From Lama guanicoe (taxonomy: Eukaryota): a stretch of 64,000 bases of DNA. The notes below the pieces were generated by a model. The model was not told where the DNA came from. It worked only from the letters and a program-made list of their open reading frames with translations, and searched no databases. The translations under genes were made by a program, and so were the position numbers. The stretch is from contig MU053652.1 of the NCBI GenBank assembly GCA_013239625.1, positions 124,001 through 188,000 of the forward strand, read 5' to 3'. This document shows positions 1 through 12,855 of this stretch, piece after piece. How positions within the stretch are numbered: position 1 is the first letter of the stretch; each line of letters begins with the position of its first letter.

Positions 1-370
1 AAAAGGAAAATGTCTTCTCATGTTTAACCATCAGTTGTGAACCAGCCCCCTAACTCGTCCCATCGCTTGGAATCCAGTTGAGCTTCTAGATTCCAGCAGT
101 TTCTAGAATTTTCAGAGGAGATGGTGACTCATTTCTACGTGATCTGCCCATGCTCTTTCCGCCCTCGAGCTGATGTGTCAGTACAAAGACCTTGGGGTTG
201 GCCAGCTTCCAAGCTACTGAAAGCTATGTATAGTGCTGTGGAAGAATACAGAATTGGTCATCAAATGACTTGCATTCTGGTCCAAGTTTTGTAATTAACT
301 TGATTGTGTATTTCTTTATGTATCTGCCCCCTCACCTGGAAATTGAGGTGTTTGGGGCCAGGTCACTTCT

Positions 371-498
371 TTTCTGGTTCTTTTCCATTATATGTTATCA
401 TAAGAAATTGAATATTGTTCCCTGTGCTTTACAGTAGGTCCTTGTTGTTCATCTATTTTATATATAGTAATGGTATATGTTAAACCCCAACCCCTAAG
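371..498 (-). mobile_element. Short artiodactyl-type L1 3' UTR fragment inserted in a MIR-type SINE
   Basis: ttttccattatatgttat...aatattgttccctgtgctttacagtaggtccttgttg; flanking direct repeats CAGG(T/C)CACTTCT at 359-370 and 499-510. Confidence 0.75.
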
Positions 499-1759
499 CA
501 GGCCACTTCTGAGATCCCTTTCAAGTCTTAGATTTTTCTAATTTGATTCCTACATAACCCTGTGCTTGGCACTGTTGGGAACTGGTTAAATGTAAAGCAT
601 GATTTCGGTCTTTTAGCAAACTTGGGGAGAAAAGATGACCTGGATTGGTTCATATATTCTCCCATTTGTGTAAATGCCAAATAAAGGGTTCATGCCCTCC
701 TCCACACTATTGGAGACAAAGGAGAGGCTTGAGCAGATCCTTGAAATGAACCATTCAACAAAGACCCCTGGCAAGAAACAGCCCCTGGGGTGAGCCATAG
801 TCATAGCCTAGTGTTAGTGTTATTACGTTTACCCTCCATCAGAGTCCTAGAGGTTCTCTAAGAGGGGCAGGTGCTCAGAAAAGCTTGTGGGACGGGATGG
901 GAAAGGACAGGTTGTATTCATGTCCAGTCTACACTTGACACTGTACTTGGCTGTAATTCCTCACTCAGAGACTATCTCTAAGTGCTTTTCTCTGGGGAAC
1001 CACTACTACTACTAATTTTTTAAAAATCACTTTAGCTCAGCATAGGTACACATGCCTATATTTGCAAAAGTATTTCCAGGAAAATAGAGTCTTCATCTCT
1101 TGACCCTTCACCTGGGAGGGGAGAGGGATTGTGAACTAAAGCTAGTCAGGCACTGAGTCTGAATTAGGTGGCACAGCTCCTCTGTGACCTCTCCCTCCAC
1201 CCACTTTTCTCCCCATCTTGGCCTCATTTTACCCAAATGAGTCATCTGCTGCTTCCCTCATCTGGGAGGTTAGCTGCTAGCTGAACCATGGGGCTTTAAT
1301 GGCTAGGAAACTTTCCTACTGTTCACCATGTCCACCTTTCACATAAGATCATGCCTCCCCTCCTGTGTCTGCATTTGGATTTCCAATGGGGACAAAATAA
1401 GTAAATAAATCAAGGGAGTGCAAATGAATGGAGGAAAGGAATAGAGAGAAAAGAAAAGGACAGAAGGGATGTCCTGGAATTACTTATCTGGCTTGGAAGT
1501 AGGGAACTGAAGTGAAACTGATGGCAGAATACCTCTGTGCCACTCCCACAGGCCCCCACGTCCATCTCAGGCATCAAGTCTCCACTCTAATGGCTGCCAG
1601 GAGCAGCAGTGTGCTAATCTGTAAATCATGCCATGTGGAATCACTTTATTAATTGCATTTTTCATATGCTATTAAAATGAATTTGGATCTGACCTTATTA
1701 AACAGGGAGTGATCACAGGTTCTTAGTCGAGGGGAATACTTGAATATAGCAGCTTATAC

Positions 1760-2190
1760 TTTGTATCTGCCAGAATCGTGGCAGGAAACAAATGGCATGT
1801 TCCAAGTGGGTGCTTAAAGAAAGTTCATTAAAGACACTAAGTACAATGGTGTGGGTGGAGAATAGGGAAACCGGCAAGGGAGACTGCAGGAGACCCGAAC
1901 TGGTTACTGTACCTTGGACCAAGCTCTAGCTCTAGGAGACAAGTGGCTACCTGCTGGCAGCTGTGGGCTCTGGTAGAGGAGCACAGTGTGGCTGGAATGG
2001 AGGGAACAGGGAAGTAACCCAGCTCTCACCTTCCAGTCTCCTGCCAAAGCCTCCCATTGGCTAAACCCAACGTGAGACCCAGTGAGAGAGCAGGAGAGCC
2101 TGTGGACAATGTCCATTCAAGTCAGCTTCCCAGGGTCAGAGCAGGGCGGGAACATGAGGTTCTGGGTCTGCAGGGGCACACAGAGACGAT
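1760..2190 (-). mobile_element. ERVL LTR, LTR33-like
   Basis: Contains ctcccattggctaaacccaac...gtcagcttcccagggtcagagcagggc, typical of the LTR33 family; similar to the copy at ~26 kb. Confidence 0.55.
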
Positions 2191-3653
2191 CTAGTCCACA
2201 TTTATGTAGTACATGATGATAGCCAGAAATACAGAAACTCAGATCTGGATATAGAAGTCTATTTTATAATCTCATTTGATCCTCACAACAACCCTGCAGG
2301 ATGTTCACATTTTTCCAGTAAGGTAACGTGAGCTCTCAAGGGATCAAATCATCAACCCAACTAGAAGAGGTGGCAAAGTGAGGCTATCCGTCCAGAATTC
2401 TGACCCTTACAGATGTCACTCCCTGTGTCTGTCTCTTCTCTGTACCTGCCCTTCTTCCCAGCTACCCAGGGTTGACCTGTCCTTCAAGTCTAGTTCAAAC
2501 TTATTTGAATGAAGTAACTCCACGGATCCCACCCCTTCTCACTGTGGAGACCCTTGGTGGTGGTCAACTACACAACTTGGTGGTGTTCGCTTATTGACTT
2601 TGTATTGTCCTGGGGTGTTGGTCCCTGAGCTCCAGGGTCTGTTTTCTTAAGACAATATCAATAGACAGTTCCTGTGGATGTCAACCTCTGACAGTGCTTG
2701 GCACATTCTGCTACTCAGCAAATGACCAATAAATACTTCCCAAATAGAAATCAGTGGCGTGGGAAGGCAGTCAGAAATAGGTACACATCTGTGAGTGAAC
2801 CTACCTGTGTCAGGCAGGAAACAGAACCACTTGTGCTGAAAGGAATGGAATGTAGTATTTCCGCATGTTCTGGGATCTTCAGCTTTACTTCCTCTTAACC
2901 TTTTTCACCATTCTGTAGCCATCTTTGGGTGACTGTGGTAGCATTTGCTTGCAGAAGTGAGGGGCCACCGGTTAGACTGTTGGTTTTAAGATCAAATTAC
3001 TCTAACTGTGATTGACAGGTCAGGAAGTTGGTATTGCTAATGACCTCTGCCTACTTCTCCATTCTTCATTCAAGATCAGCTCACTGGCTTTATTTAGCAC
3101 AAGCTAAATTGCATCTGGAACCCTAGCTCTAACAAATAATGAGAAGGCGGTTTGGGAGCTCTTCAGCCTTGTACTATTGAAGGGAGCCTAGAAAAGGGTG
3201 GGAACGGACTCTGAACAGAGCACGTGCAGGACTACGCATGGATGGACAGTATCCGTGTGCTGCCATCATTCAGAAATCAAGACACTGCAGTCGGGGCTGG
3301 GAATCCAGGAGTGTCAGGAGGCTCAGTGAGGCAGATGCTTTTGAGGTATTTTAGATTGAGCACTTTTCTTCCAGTCTTCAAGGTCAGCCTTGGTGGGACG
3401 CGATGTCAAAGAAAGACAACCTGTGACACAAGGGTGGGTGGAGAGGAAGGGCAACCAGCCTTCCCTGGGAGCCCCAGGGGTGCAGTGGAGTGGGGCTGGG
3501 AACCCCCCCAGGCTTCTAGATTATGAACCTGCATTTCCTGAGCATCAACTGCTCATTAAAAGTCCCCTCTCCAAGCCCTCTACCATCACCCCACCACCAA
3601 CTCCATCCACCCCACATACTCTGGCTGACATCTTGAGCCCTTCTTGATTAACA

Positions 3654-3670
3654 GGGCCCCCTGGTGGCGT
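3654..3670 (-). promoter_or_regulatory. CTCF motif
   Basis: Reverse complement ACGCCACCAGGGGGCCC matches CCASYAGRKGGC. Confidence 0.55.
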
Positions 3671-3871
3671 CTCAGAAACAAATTTTCTGTAGCATAGCAA
3701 CACATGAGCTCAATTTGAGCTCAACTTCTACATTGGGGAAAAACACAAATCTAAACTGAGACGATGAGCAAGTTGGAACTGGAACTCAAGACGCTTAGCT
3801 CCCGGCAACTGGGGCCGCTCCTGCTCTCCTCCTGAGGTGCGAGGCTGAATCCAGCTAGTCCTTATGCAGGG

Positions 3872-4077
3872 CAGTGGTTCTCAGCTGGGGCTGTTCTGCT
3901 CCCCCCAACCCAAGGCACACCTGGCAATGTCCGGAGGCATCTTTGATTGACACAACTCGGAGCTACTGGCATCCAGTGGGTAGAGGCCAAGGATGCTGCT
4001 TAAACATCGTACAGTGCACAGGACAAGAAAGAAGCATTTGGTCACAATGTCAGCAGTGCCTCAGTTGAGAAAGTCTC
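3872..4077. mobile_element. MER20-like hAT DNA transposon
   Basis: cagtggttctca...ctggcaatgtccggaggcat...ctactggcatccagtgggtagaggccaaggatgctgct...gttgagaaa. Confidence 0.8.
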
Positions 4078-4204
4078 CTTCGAGGAGGACAGCTGTCCTC
4101 TCAGGATGTTCCTCAGGTTCTCGCCAGGCTCAGACTCTCTGCATTGCTCTTCAAACCTGAGACACAGGAGAACTGAAAAAACAGGAAATGGTAAAAACCC
4201 ACAA

Positions 4205-4923
4205 ACCTCACACCCTTTAAGATGACCGTTATTTTTTATTTACAAAAGGAAAATAACAAGCATTGGCAAGGATGTGGAGAAATTGAAACCCTCGCATATT
4301 GCTGGTGGGAATATAAGATGGTGCAGTCATTGTGGAAAACGATACGGCGGTTCCTCAAAAAGTTAAACAGAATTACCGTATGATCCAGGAATCCAGGATG
4401 TACCCCCAAAGAGCTGAGAGCAGGGACTCAAACAGATGCCTGTGCACCAATGTTCATAGCAGCATTACTCACAATAGCAAAATAGATGGAAACAACCCAC
4501 ATGTCTGCCAACAGAAGAATGGGTACACAAAGTGTGGTATATGTGTACCATGGAGTATTACGCAGCCTTGGGACATAATGAAACTCTGATAGGTACTACA
4601 ATGCAGACGAACCTTGAAAATGCTAAGTGAAATAAGTCGGACACAAAAGGACAACGATGGTGTGATTCCACTTACAGGAAGTACCTAGAAGATGCAAATG
4701 CATAAACACAGGAAGTAGAATGGTGGTCGCCAGGGGCTGGGAGAAAGGAGAATGGGGAGTGTCTGTTTAATGGGTAGAGTTTCTGTTTGAGTAGGTAAAT
4801 AGTTTTGGAAACAGGTAGTGCTGATGCTAGTACAACACTGTGACTACTTAATGCCATTGAAGTGCATGCTTGAAAATGGTTAAGATGGTAACTTTTATGT
4901 TATGTATATTTTATCACAATATG
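4205..4923 (+). mobile_element. 5'-truncated L1 (L1MA/MB-like), ORF2 end + 3' UTR
   Basis: ttggcaaggatgtggagaaattgaaaccctc...atgctaagtgaaataagtc...aaaatggttaagatggtaacttttatgttatgtatattttatcacaat. Confidence 0.85.
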
Positions 4924-6488
4924 AAAACCTCACAAGTTTGCAGTTCTCAGCTCTTTTAGACCAAACCACAGCAAAGGTCAGCAGGGTCCCCAGATTGCTA
5001 GGACCCTCTGACAGGGACCCACAAAACCCCCAGGTCTGTTTGCCAGAACTTATGCCAGGTCATGACATATTAGCTGAAGATCAGCTGCACATCGCTTTGA
5101 TTACCCTGGGCTCAGCCTGGATTTCATGGGAGTGGGGACAGCTGGCAGCAAGGCGGCTGCCACCGCAGCTCACCAAGAGGGCTTCACTAAAAAGTCAGAA
5201 ACACACTGCAAAAGGGGGCCCCTCGGAAGCCCTTTTGGCTTCAGTTGCAGAATCAGCAGGACTGTCTTTCTGGGGGAAAGAAGACAAAAGGAAGGGGCTG
5301 GAACTCGGAGGAGGAATGAGGATGGCGCCAAATCCTTCTGGCTGTCCCTGCGCCTCGGCTGAGCCTGGGAGGCACCAGCTCTGCTCAGGTGAAGACGAGG
5401 CTACATTACTTGTCGTAACCTGTTTCTCTGTGACAGTTCACTGTCTGTTTGTACAGGTGAATGTGATGTGTGCACACCCATGAGTGCTTTACTTAACATT
5501 TCCCTCTAAGCTGGTGACCTCAGTCTTTACAATACAGGGACGATGGGCTGAGGGTAGGATGTTCAATTCCAGTTATGAACCAGTTAGCATCATCAGTGAA
5601 AACTGTCCTGCATCACAGAGAGTACCCTTGCCTCAGACAGCCAGCTGGCAAGGAGATCGGTAAAGGAATAGGATAACTCTGAGCAAGCCGTGCACACCCA
5701 GCCACTCCCAAGCCCTCGGGGAAACAGAAGCCTTTGTCAAGCAGTGAGTGGTGCTGAAGGACATCGGTACCTGGGTAACTGGCATATGGCACAAGCTGTC
5801 GTTCACCCAGAGGGTGCTGTGGACCCCAGAAATACCCAGTATGTGATATTAGTCACTTCCCATCAACTCAGTAAGCCTCAAGCAGCATGATTTCCCGGTT
5901 CTCTTTTTGAAGTTGTAGATGATGTCCACTGTGTAAACCCAAGATTTTCCCAGTGTCCCCCCATGGTTCCCAGTGAGAGGAGTCAGTAGCCGGTGAAGGT
6001 CCAAGCTGGGTGAACATGGTTCCTCAGCTGTCAGGATTGAAGATCTCTGTATGACCAGACCAGCCTCTGCAGAGTCTACAGACCTTCAAGACATCCTCTT
6101 GGTGCGGTCTTGCCCAGCAGTGCTAGAATTACTCCAGCATTCCCCTCCAACAACCACAGAAAAGCACTCTCACCATGGAACTGAGTATAGGGTCAGAAAA
6201 GCCATGGATTTTCTAAAGCCTGTATGTAGGGGTGATGTCATCTCAGGCCGCTCCCTGGGGTCAAGCAGTGTCCCAGGCCATTGCCTGTTTGTGCAGGGTT
6301 GTGGCAATATGAGAAGCACCAAATCTCTTAAATATCTTTGCTATACCTTCCCCCCTGAATAGGATACCTTCCCATCCCCATATCTTTATTCAGTCTTCCC
6401 CAGTTTCTACCCATCTTTATACAGCATACTATTTAAGCAAGTCAAAGCAAGACATGTTAATAACTGTTTAATTCTAGAACCTTTTATT

Positions 6489-6520
6489 TGCAACTCCGAA
6501 ACCTGCCACCAGGTGGCGGC
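6489..6520 (+). promoter_or_regulatory. CTCF motif with upstream (ZF9-11) module
   Basis: TGCAACTCC, short spacer, then TGCCACCAGGTGGCGGC; locally CpG-enriched. Confidence 0.7.
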
Positions 6521-6559
6521 GGCACGTCACGTTTTGCTATTTCGGTTCCCACGGGAACA

Positions 6560-6790
6560 AACGTTTACTGGGAACCTACCCTGCGTCAGGCAGTGCGCGG
6601 GGAGTGCTCCCCGAGTGGGCTCGCTTTATCCTACGAGGACCCAAAGTATTACCGTCCCCGTTTTACGAAAAGGAGACAAATTCTGAAAGGTTGAGCAACT
6701 AGCCCAAGATCACACCACTCCATAGAGGCAGAGCTGGAGTTTTGAAACCCGGTGGCTATTTTGATTCCCACAGTGTTGACAGCTCCGCTG
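6560..6790 (-). mobile_element. MIR SINE
   Basis: ccccgttttacgaaaaggagacaaatt...aaggttgagcaactagcccaagatcacac...gagctggagttttgaaaccc. Confidence 0.6.
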
Positions 6791-9700
6791 TCAGGGCGGA
6801 GTTTCTTGACGAGCCTCCTTTCTATGTGCCTGCGCCTCTTCTCCTAATTTTCTGTGCCGCACAGTTTGCCCTGCAGTCAAGGCCCCGCCTTGTTCGTTTG
6901 GCGCGCTCACCTAGGAACTGGATTGCCGGTTTCCGTGTTCTGAACCTCCTGCGCATTCCAGGCTAAGTGGGGCTCACAGAGAAGGTTAAGTGCGTTTCGA
7001 GGGCTTGCCTGGCTTGGGCTCTCAGCGTGGGGGTGGGTGCCGACTGAACTTTAATTGTTGGGGGAGGGGTTGCCAGACATCTTCAGAATGAGGAGGAGGT
7101 GGGAGAGGCTGTGCAGTGGGGGTCAGCTCCGCAGGGCAGCGTGAAGCAGCTGCGGGCCAGGCCCCACGGGTGATGTGAAGACCCACTAGGTACCCCCAGG
7201 ACACCACACCCCGACCGCCCTCCCCTTGGTGCCCATAGCTCTTATGAACTGTGTGAGCTGCACTTGCTTAAGGAAGAGAAGATGTCTCTGGAGAGGGTGG
7301 AGAGGGAAGAGAGAAAGTCTGGGGCCAAAGAGACGTTGCGAGAAGGGCAGGTGATGTGAGCAGCAGGAGAGATGGAGAGGGCTTGCCAAGGCTCTAAGTG
7401 TCCCTGGGGCACCGCCAAGGGGCGGGGCGGGGGGGTGTGTGATTACATAAGCTAAAGGGAGGGAAATGGGAGCAGCTGTGAGGGGAGGGAGCCAGGGATG
7501 TGTGGGAAAGTGGCAGAGATTCCAGCAGTGTCCTGGGCAGGGAGAACATGGCAAGTGAGACCCCTTCCCGTTCCCATGCCAACGATCCTCTCAGGCTCCG
7601 CCCCTTCCTTCTTGGTTCTGAGTATCTTCCCGCCAGGGGTGATCCTAAACAGTCATCACTTGTTCAGATCCCTGCTCTCCCAGAGGAGGGGCAGAGAGTC
7701 AGCCCACAGGGTGGGGGTTCCTGCATGGCTGGACTGGGTGATGACAAAAGCCAAGGAGCAAACAGAGCCAAGAGCCCAGTTGTGAGCAGAACGTACAAAG
7801 CCAGGAGGTGGAAGGGGGAGCTTACAGGCCCACAAACCATGGGGACAAGAAGCAGAAAGAGAAGGCAGAGTGTAGGACCAGGAATCCAGGGTCAAGGAGG
7901 CAGGAGCAGGACGATGAGAGGAGACAGGAGGGTCAGCCCTGTTTAAAGGAGATGCTGTTGGCCTCGTCTCCTTTTAATGTGGCTCATGGGGCCGTTCCTG
8001 GGTAGGGTCAGCCAAGTGTACAAGGCAGGTTAGGCCCCATGAATGGAAAACAAGTTTCTGGGGATCAGCTTCTGACAGTGGCTTTGTATTCTAAGAAGAA
8101 TCCCCCCAAAGCCAGCTCCCCCAATTCTACCTGAGACATCCCACAGCTCGTGGTGTGCCCCCATTAGAGGTGGCCTGTGGTACAGGACAGCGGTACCAGA
8201 AAATGCTGCTGCGCGGGGGAGCGCTCATGAAAGCCACGGTGCTTCTGCAGTGGCTGGACTAGGATTTAGCTTGAATTAGATGACGGTGTGGAGAGAGATT
8301 TCTTATGTCCCTTTTTAAGTAACTGAACCAGAGTAAGAGGAAGAGGGCTCAGGTGAGCCTGGCAACTTCGAGAAACCTCTTTAGGGTACTTCTGCAGGAA
8401 TTCTCTAGAATAGCCATCCTGAGGAAGAGGGAGTCACCGTACGGGCAGGAAGCCAAGGGCAAAACACAAGTGAGGAAAAGAACACAAACACCTAACAGGA
8501 CGGACAGACCACAGCTCGCTCTCCCCTTGTGCCATCCCGAAACCGACCAGCCGGAGTGTCCTGCCTCCGTGACTCCCCAGCCCTTCTGCGGCCCACAGCC
8601 CTGTTGTCAGGGAAAGAGTGCTTAGCCCCTCATAGAAGAATCTCTGATGAGAAACCATATTGTCTGCACGGCTGGAGCTGAAGCATCGCTTACATCATTT
8701 CAATATTAGGAAGGGGAAAATCACCAAGGTGACCCTGTGTTGCCTCTGTGCCTGTATCTGACCGGCAGACTCCAGCGTCTGGGTGGGGTTGACCTCTGCC
8801 TGTCTGCTGACAGTTCACACAGCCCTTTCACACGTGGAATCTCCCTTGAACCTCACAACAGTCCTAAAAGGTGGGCTTCTCATCCCCATTTTGTGATTGA
8901 GGAAAGGAGAGTCAGGAAGTAGCTTGCCCCAGCCACGGAGCGGGTGGGTGAGACTGGACTTGAATCAGATCTTTTAATTCCAAATATCCCCGCCTTTTTT
9001 TCTATTATCAGGGCCAAATGATAAAAAATACCAATATGGGGAGTTTCTAAAAAGCTGTTTTCCATTTTATGAAATCGTCCTGTGTTCTGTGATTATTTCC
9101 TTTCTGCTTTATTTTAGGGGCATTAAAATATCTTTTCTTTATGAAAATGATGCTAATGTGGATGGCAGATAAACATTTTTTACGTAAGGTTTACTTGGCC
9201 AGATTGAAAAAAGTGGCAACCCTGTGTTAGCCTCCAGAGTGTGTATCGGGACCGTCCCTCGTGTTTGACCTCGGAAAGCCCAGGAACCAGCCGCCTGCAG
9301 TGCGCCGTATTCACAGGGAGCGATTGCATCCACCTACGCTGATAACCCCTGGAGTACAGTTGCTGTATGTTATGGCTGAGCGTCCAACCACGTGCCTGAG
9401 GAGTCTGCCCGGCCCAGAGTGGGAGTGGCGTCCCCTGATGTACGGAAGAAAGCTGCAGAGACCCTGCTCGCCCCAAATGTGGCAGCCTTTGGAGTACCCC
9501 TGGCACCTCAGCGCATTAAAAACGTATTCCTGTCTCCACAGTGCATGGATGCATGTCGTATTAGCAGCATTCTTACTGCCAAGAGAATTTTCCAGGTCTG
9601 CTTTTACTTCGGCAATTAAAGTTATTCAAAACTCTTTAAACTTCGGGAAACCTTAAAACTGTGAATGAAGCAATTTTTCTTAAATTTCAACAGTCATACA

Positions 9701-11847
9701 GTGTACTTTAATGAACCTCTGAAAGCAACACTACGAAGGTGGAAATGGGCGACCTGGTTACCATTGGATCCATTTTTGAACCATCATGTCTGTTCCCGGC
9801 TGCATGTGATGCTTATGTGATTGGCGCCCGTTGACTGTGTTTAGACTGTGTACAGTCTAAACAGCCCGTGGAAGGTGTGCCCGCATCCATCAGCGGGTCA
9901 TCACGGACAGGCTTCGTCAAGCCTGGATCGGAAGACCTTGGTCTGCCTCACCAAAGCCACATCCACTGTTATTTGGAGAAGCTTATAGCCACTTCACTGA
10001 TTATATCAACTTCCTCCCATTTTAAGTCAGAAAAGAGCAGATCCATGTGGTAACATCACTTCCAAGAGTAAATATTATGCAGTGACAAAGAAAAAACAAA
10101 CTGGCAAAATTAACATCCTTTGACAAAGCAGAAGTTATCACAGTAACAACTGCCAGACAGCCCTGCAAAAGCCACCAGCCCAGACCATCGGTCTCCTCTT
10201 CTTTCGTGTGCCAGCAGTTTCACCAGCAGGTTGGCCACAGTGTCCTCCTGACAACCTGTCTCATCTTGAGTGTGGGCTGAACCTAAGGGTTTATCATCGG
10301 CCAGATTGACTTTGCCTTAAGCTCCTCACAGTCAAGGAAAAGAAATGCTCGGGCCAAACAGCTTTATGACAAATGTGGAAGAAATGCCTGCCAGATGCAC
10401 CTTTCTGGACGCTGCGCTGCTTTTGTGTTTTTGTGTTAATGTGGCACTGGAATGTTTAGCGACATGATTGTGCCACCTTCCAAACCGGCATGTCACCGGC
10501 AAAAATGCAAGAGTCTTTTTATAAATAAACTTCAGCTCACTTTGTGTGAATACTTACATGTTCCTGGGGTTGCTTATTACCTGGAAGAGTGTAATTATTT
10601 GCATTCTACATTCCACAGTACCTAGCACTGTGCCCTACGCCGAACAGATGCATCATACCTGTTGCACTAAATCATGGATGGGCTTTAAGTCAGCACATTA
10701 TAGAATCCCTTGAGGGGCAGGCTCCCTAAGGCAATCTCTTGTGATGATCAAGACTGGATCTATAGGAAATATTAGTGAACTACACCCTTCCATCTAAGTG
10801 TACAAGTCTGAAGGTGATCAGAGGAGAGGCGTATTGGTGAGAGAAATGAAATCATTTGAACTCCACTTGGCAGTTCCGGGAAGGTAAGTTACTCCCAGAG
10901 CATTTATAGCCCTGGAGGATCCTAGTCCTAACACACCCTGGGACAAGTTGGTGGATTCTGGCTTCAGCATGAATCCAGAGAAGCCAACAGAGTTGTCACA
11001 GCACCAAGCATATAAATGTTGAATTATCGTGTACTGTTAAGATGCTGTACAAGTGGCAAAAGAATTTTCACTGTTTCATCAGCCATGGCTGAAAACTGAG
11101 GCAGGTAGCCTAGAGAAGAGAGAACAATTTCTTCATGGTTCACAGTTTACAAAATACTTTCACACACATTATCTCATCGAGTCCTTCTAACAGCCAGGTG
11201 AAGTAGATATTATTTTCATAGAAGAAAGGCTTAGAAACGTTGCAGTTTGCCCAGACTGGGTTGGGAAAAGAGTGTCTCCAAACCAGAATATTTGACTCCA
11301 AGACAAGTTGTCCCCAACCAGGCATGGATTTAGTCATCTAACCCTTAGAAACTTACTGAAATGGACCAAAAGGACAATGTGAATGCGAACCCTATTTGGT
11401 TAAAAATTATTCTCTTACATGTTAGTAATTTCAGTGCATCACATGGGTCGTGGTGTAGCCTTTCTTGCCTTTTTAGGGAATTCTGACAGAATTTCAGTAT
11501 TCCTTGGGGGAAGTTTCAACTCTTTTGCTCTCTACTTGTAATTCATTCCCAACCAGTGATTCCCACTCTGCCTTATTTGTAGTTGCAAAATACTGGAGCA
11601 AATAAAATCGCGCAGCTACAGACAATGTGTTAGATTAACCTCAAAATCATGGTTTCTCTGCTAGAGTATAGAGGATTCTCTCTCTTCTCTGTCACTCACC
11701 TGTGCCGCTTTGGAATGTGAGTTCCCTGCCTGGCTGGTCTCAGGTCCCCCGTGCTCACCCAGGCTCAGGCAGGAGTCCAAGGGCCATGTGACCATGGAGG
11801 TAGTGGGCCCTCTTCTCAGAATTGCCCCTGCTCACTGCTGGATGGGG

Positions 11848-11864
11848 GGAGCCACCTGGTGGCA
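11848..11864 (-). promoter_or_regulatory. CTCF motif
   Basis: Reverse complement TGCCACCAGGTGGCTCC. Confidence 0.5.
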
Positions 11865-11990
11865 TGTGTCACTAACAGCAAATATTAAGTGCCACACAGT
11901 GATGGGCTAATAAAAATTAAATTGTAAAACAATAAAGACATCCACCCCTTCCCTTTCCTAACTTCGGCTGTAGACCAAGGCAATCTTTTT

Positions 11991-12855
11991 TTTCCTTTAT
12001 TTTTTAATTGAAGCATAGTCAGTTTACAACATCAATTTCTGGTGAACAGCACAGTGCTTCAGTCATAACATATACATACATATATTCATTTTCATATGCT
12101 TTTTCGTTATAGGTTACTACAAGATATTGAATATAGTTCCCTGTGCTATACAGTAGAAACTTGTTGTTTATCTATTTTATGTATAGTAGTTAGTATCTGC
12201 AGATCTCAAACTCCCAATTTATCCTTTCCCACCCTCTTCTCCCCGGTAACCATAGTTTGTTTCCTATGTCTGTGAGTCTGTTTCTCTTTTGTAAATAAGT
12301 TTGTTTGTCTTTTTATTTTTTTAGATTCTACATATAAGTGCTATCATATGGTATTTTTCTTTCTTTTTCTGGCTTACTTCACTTAGAATGACAAGCTCCA
12401 TGCTGTTGCAAATGACATTATTTTGTTCTTTTGTATGGCTGAGCAGTATTCCATTGTATAAATATATCACAACTTCTTTATCCAGTCATCTGTTGATGGA
12501 CATTTAGGTTGTTTCCATGTCTTGGCTATTGTAAGTAGTGCTGCTGTGAGCACTGGGGTGCAGGTGTCTTTTTGAATTGTAGTTTTCTCCGGATGTATGC
12601 CCAGGAGTGGGATTGCTGGATCATAGGGTAAGTCTATTTTTAGTTTTTTAAGGAACCTCCATAGTGTCCTCCAAAGTGGCTGCACCAATTGACATTCCCA
12701 CCGACAGTGAAGTTCCTTTTCCTTCACACCCTCTCCAGCAGTTATGGTTTGTGGACTTTTTAATGATGGCCGTTGTGACTGGTGTGAGGTGAGATTTCAC
12801 TGTAGTTTTGATTTGCATTTCTCTGACAATTAGTGATGTCGAGCATCCTTTCATG
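11991..12855 (-). mobile_element. Lineage-specific 5'-truncated L1 with TSD
   Basis: Encodes L1 ORF2 C-terminus remnants (QPLWRTLWRFLKKLKIDLPYDPAIPLLGIHPEK); poly-T start; TSD AAGG(C/A)AATCTTTTT at 11977-11990 and 12856-12869. Confidence 0.92.

Noticed and set aside
4902..5483. 193-aa ORF
   Set aside because: Starts inside an L1 3' tail, has no recognisable homology, and looks like a chance ORF
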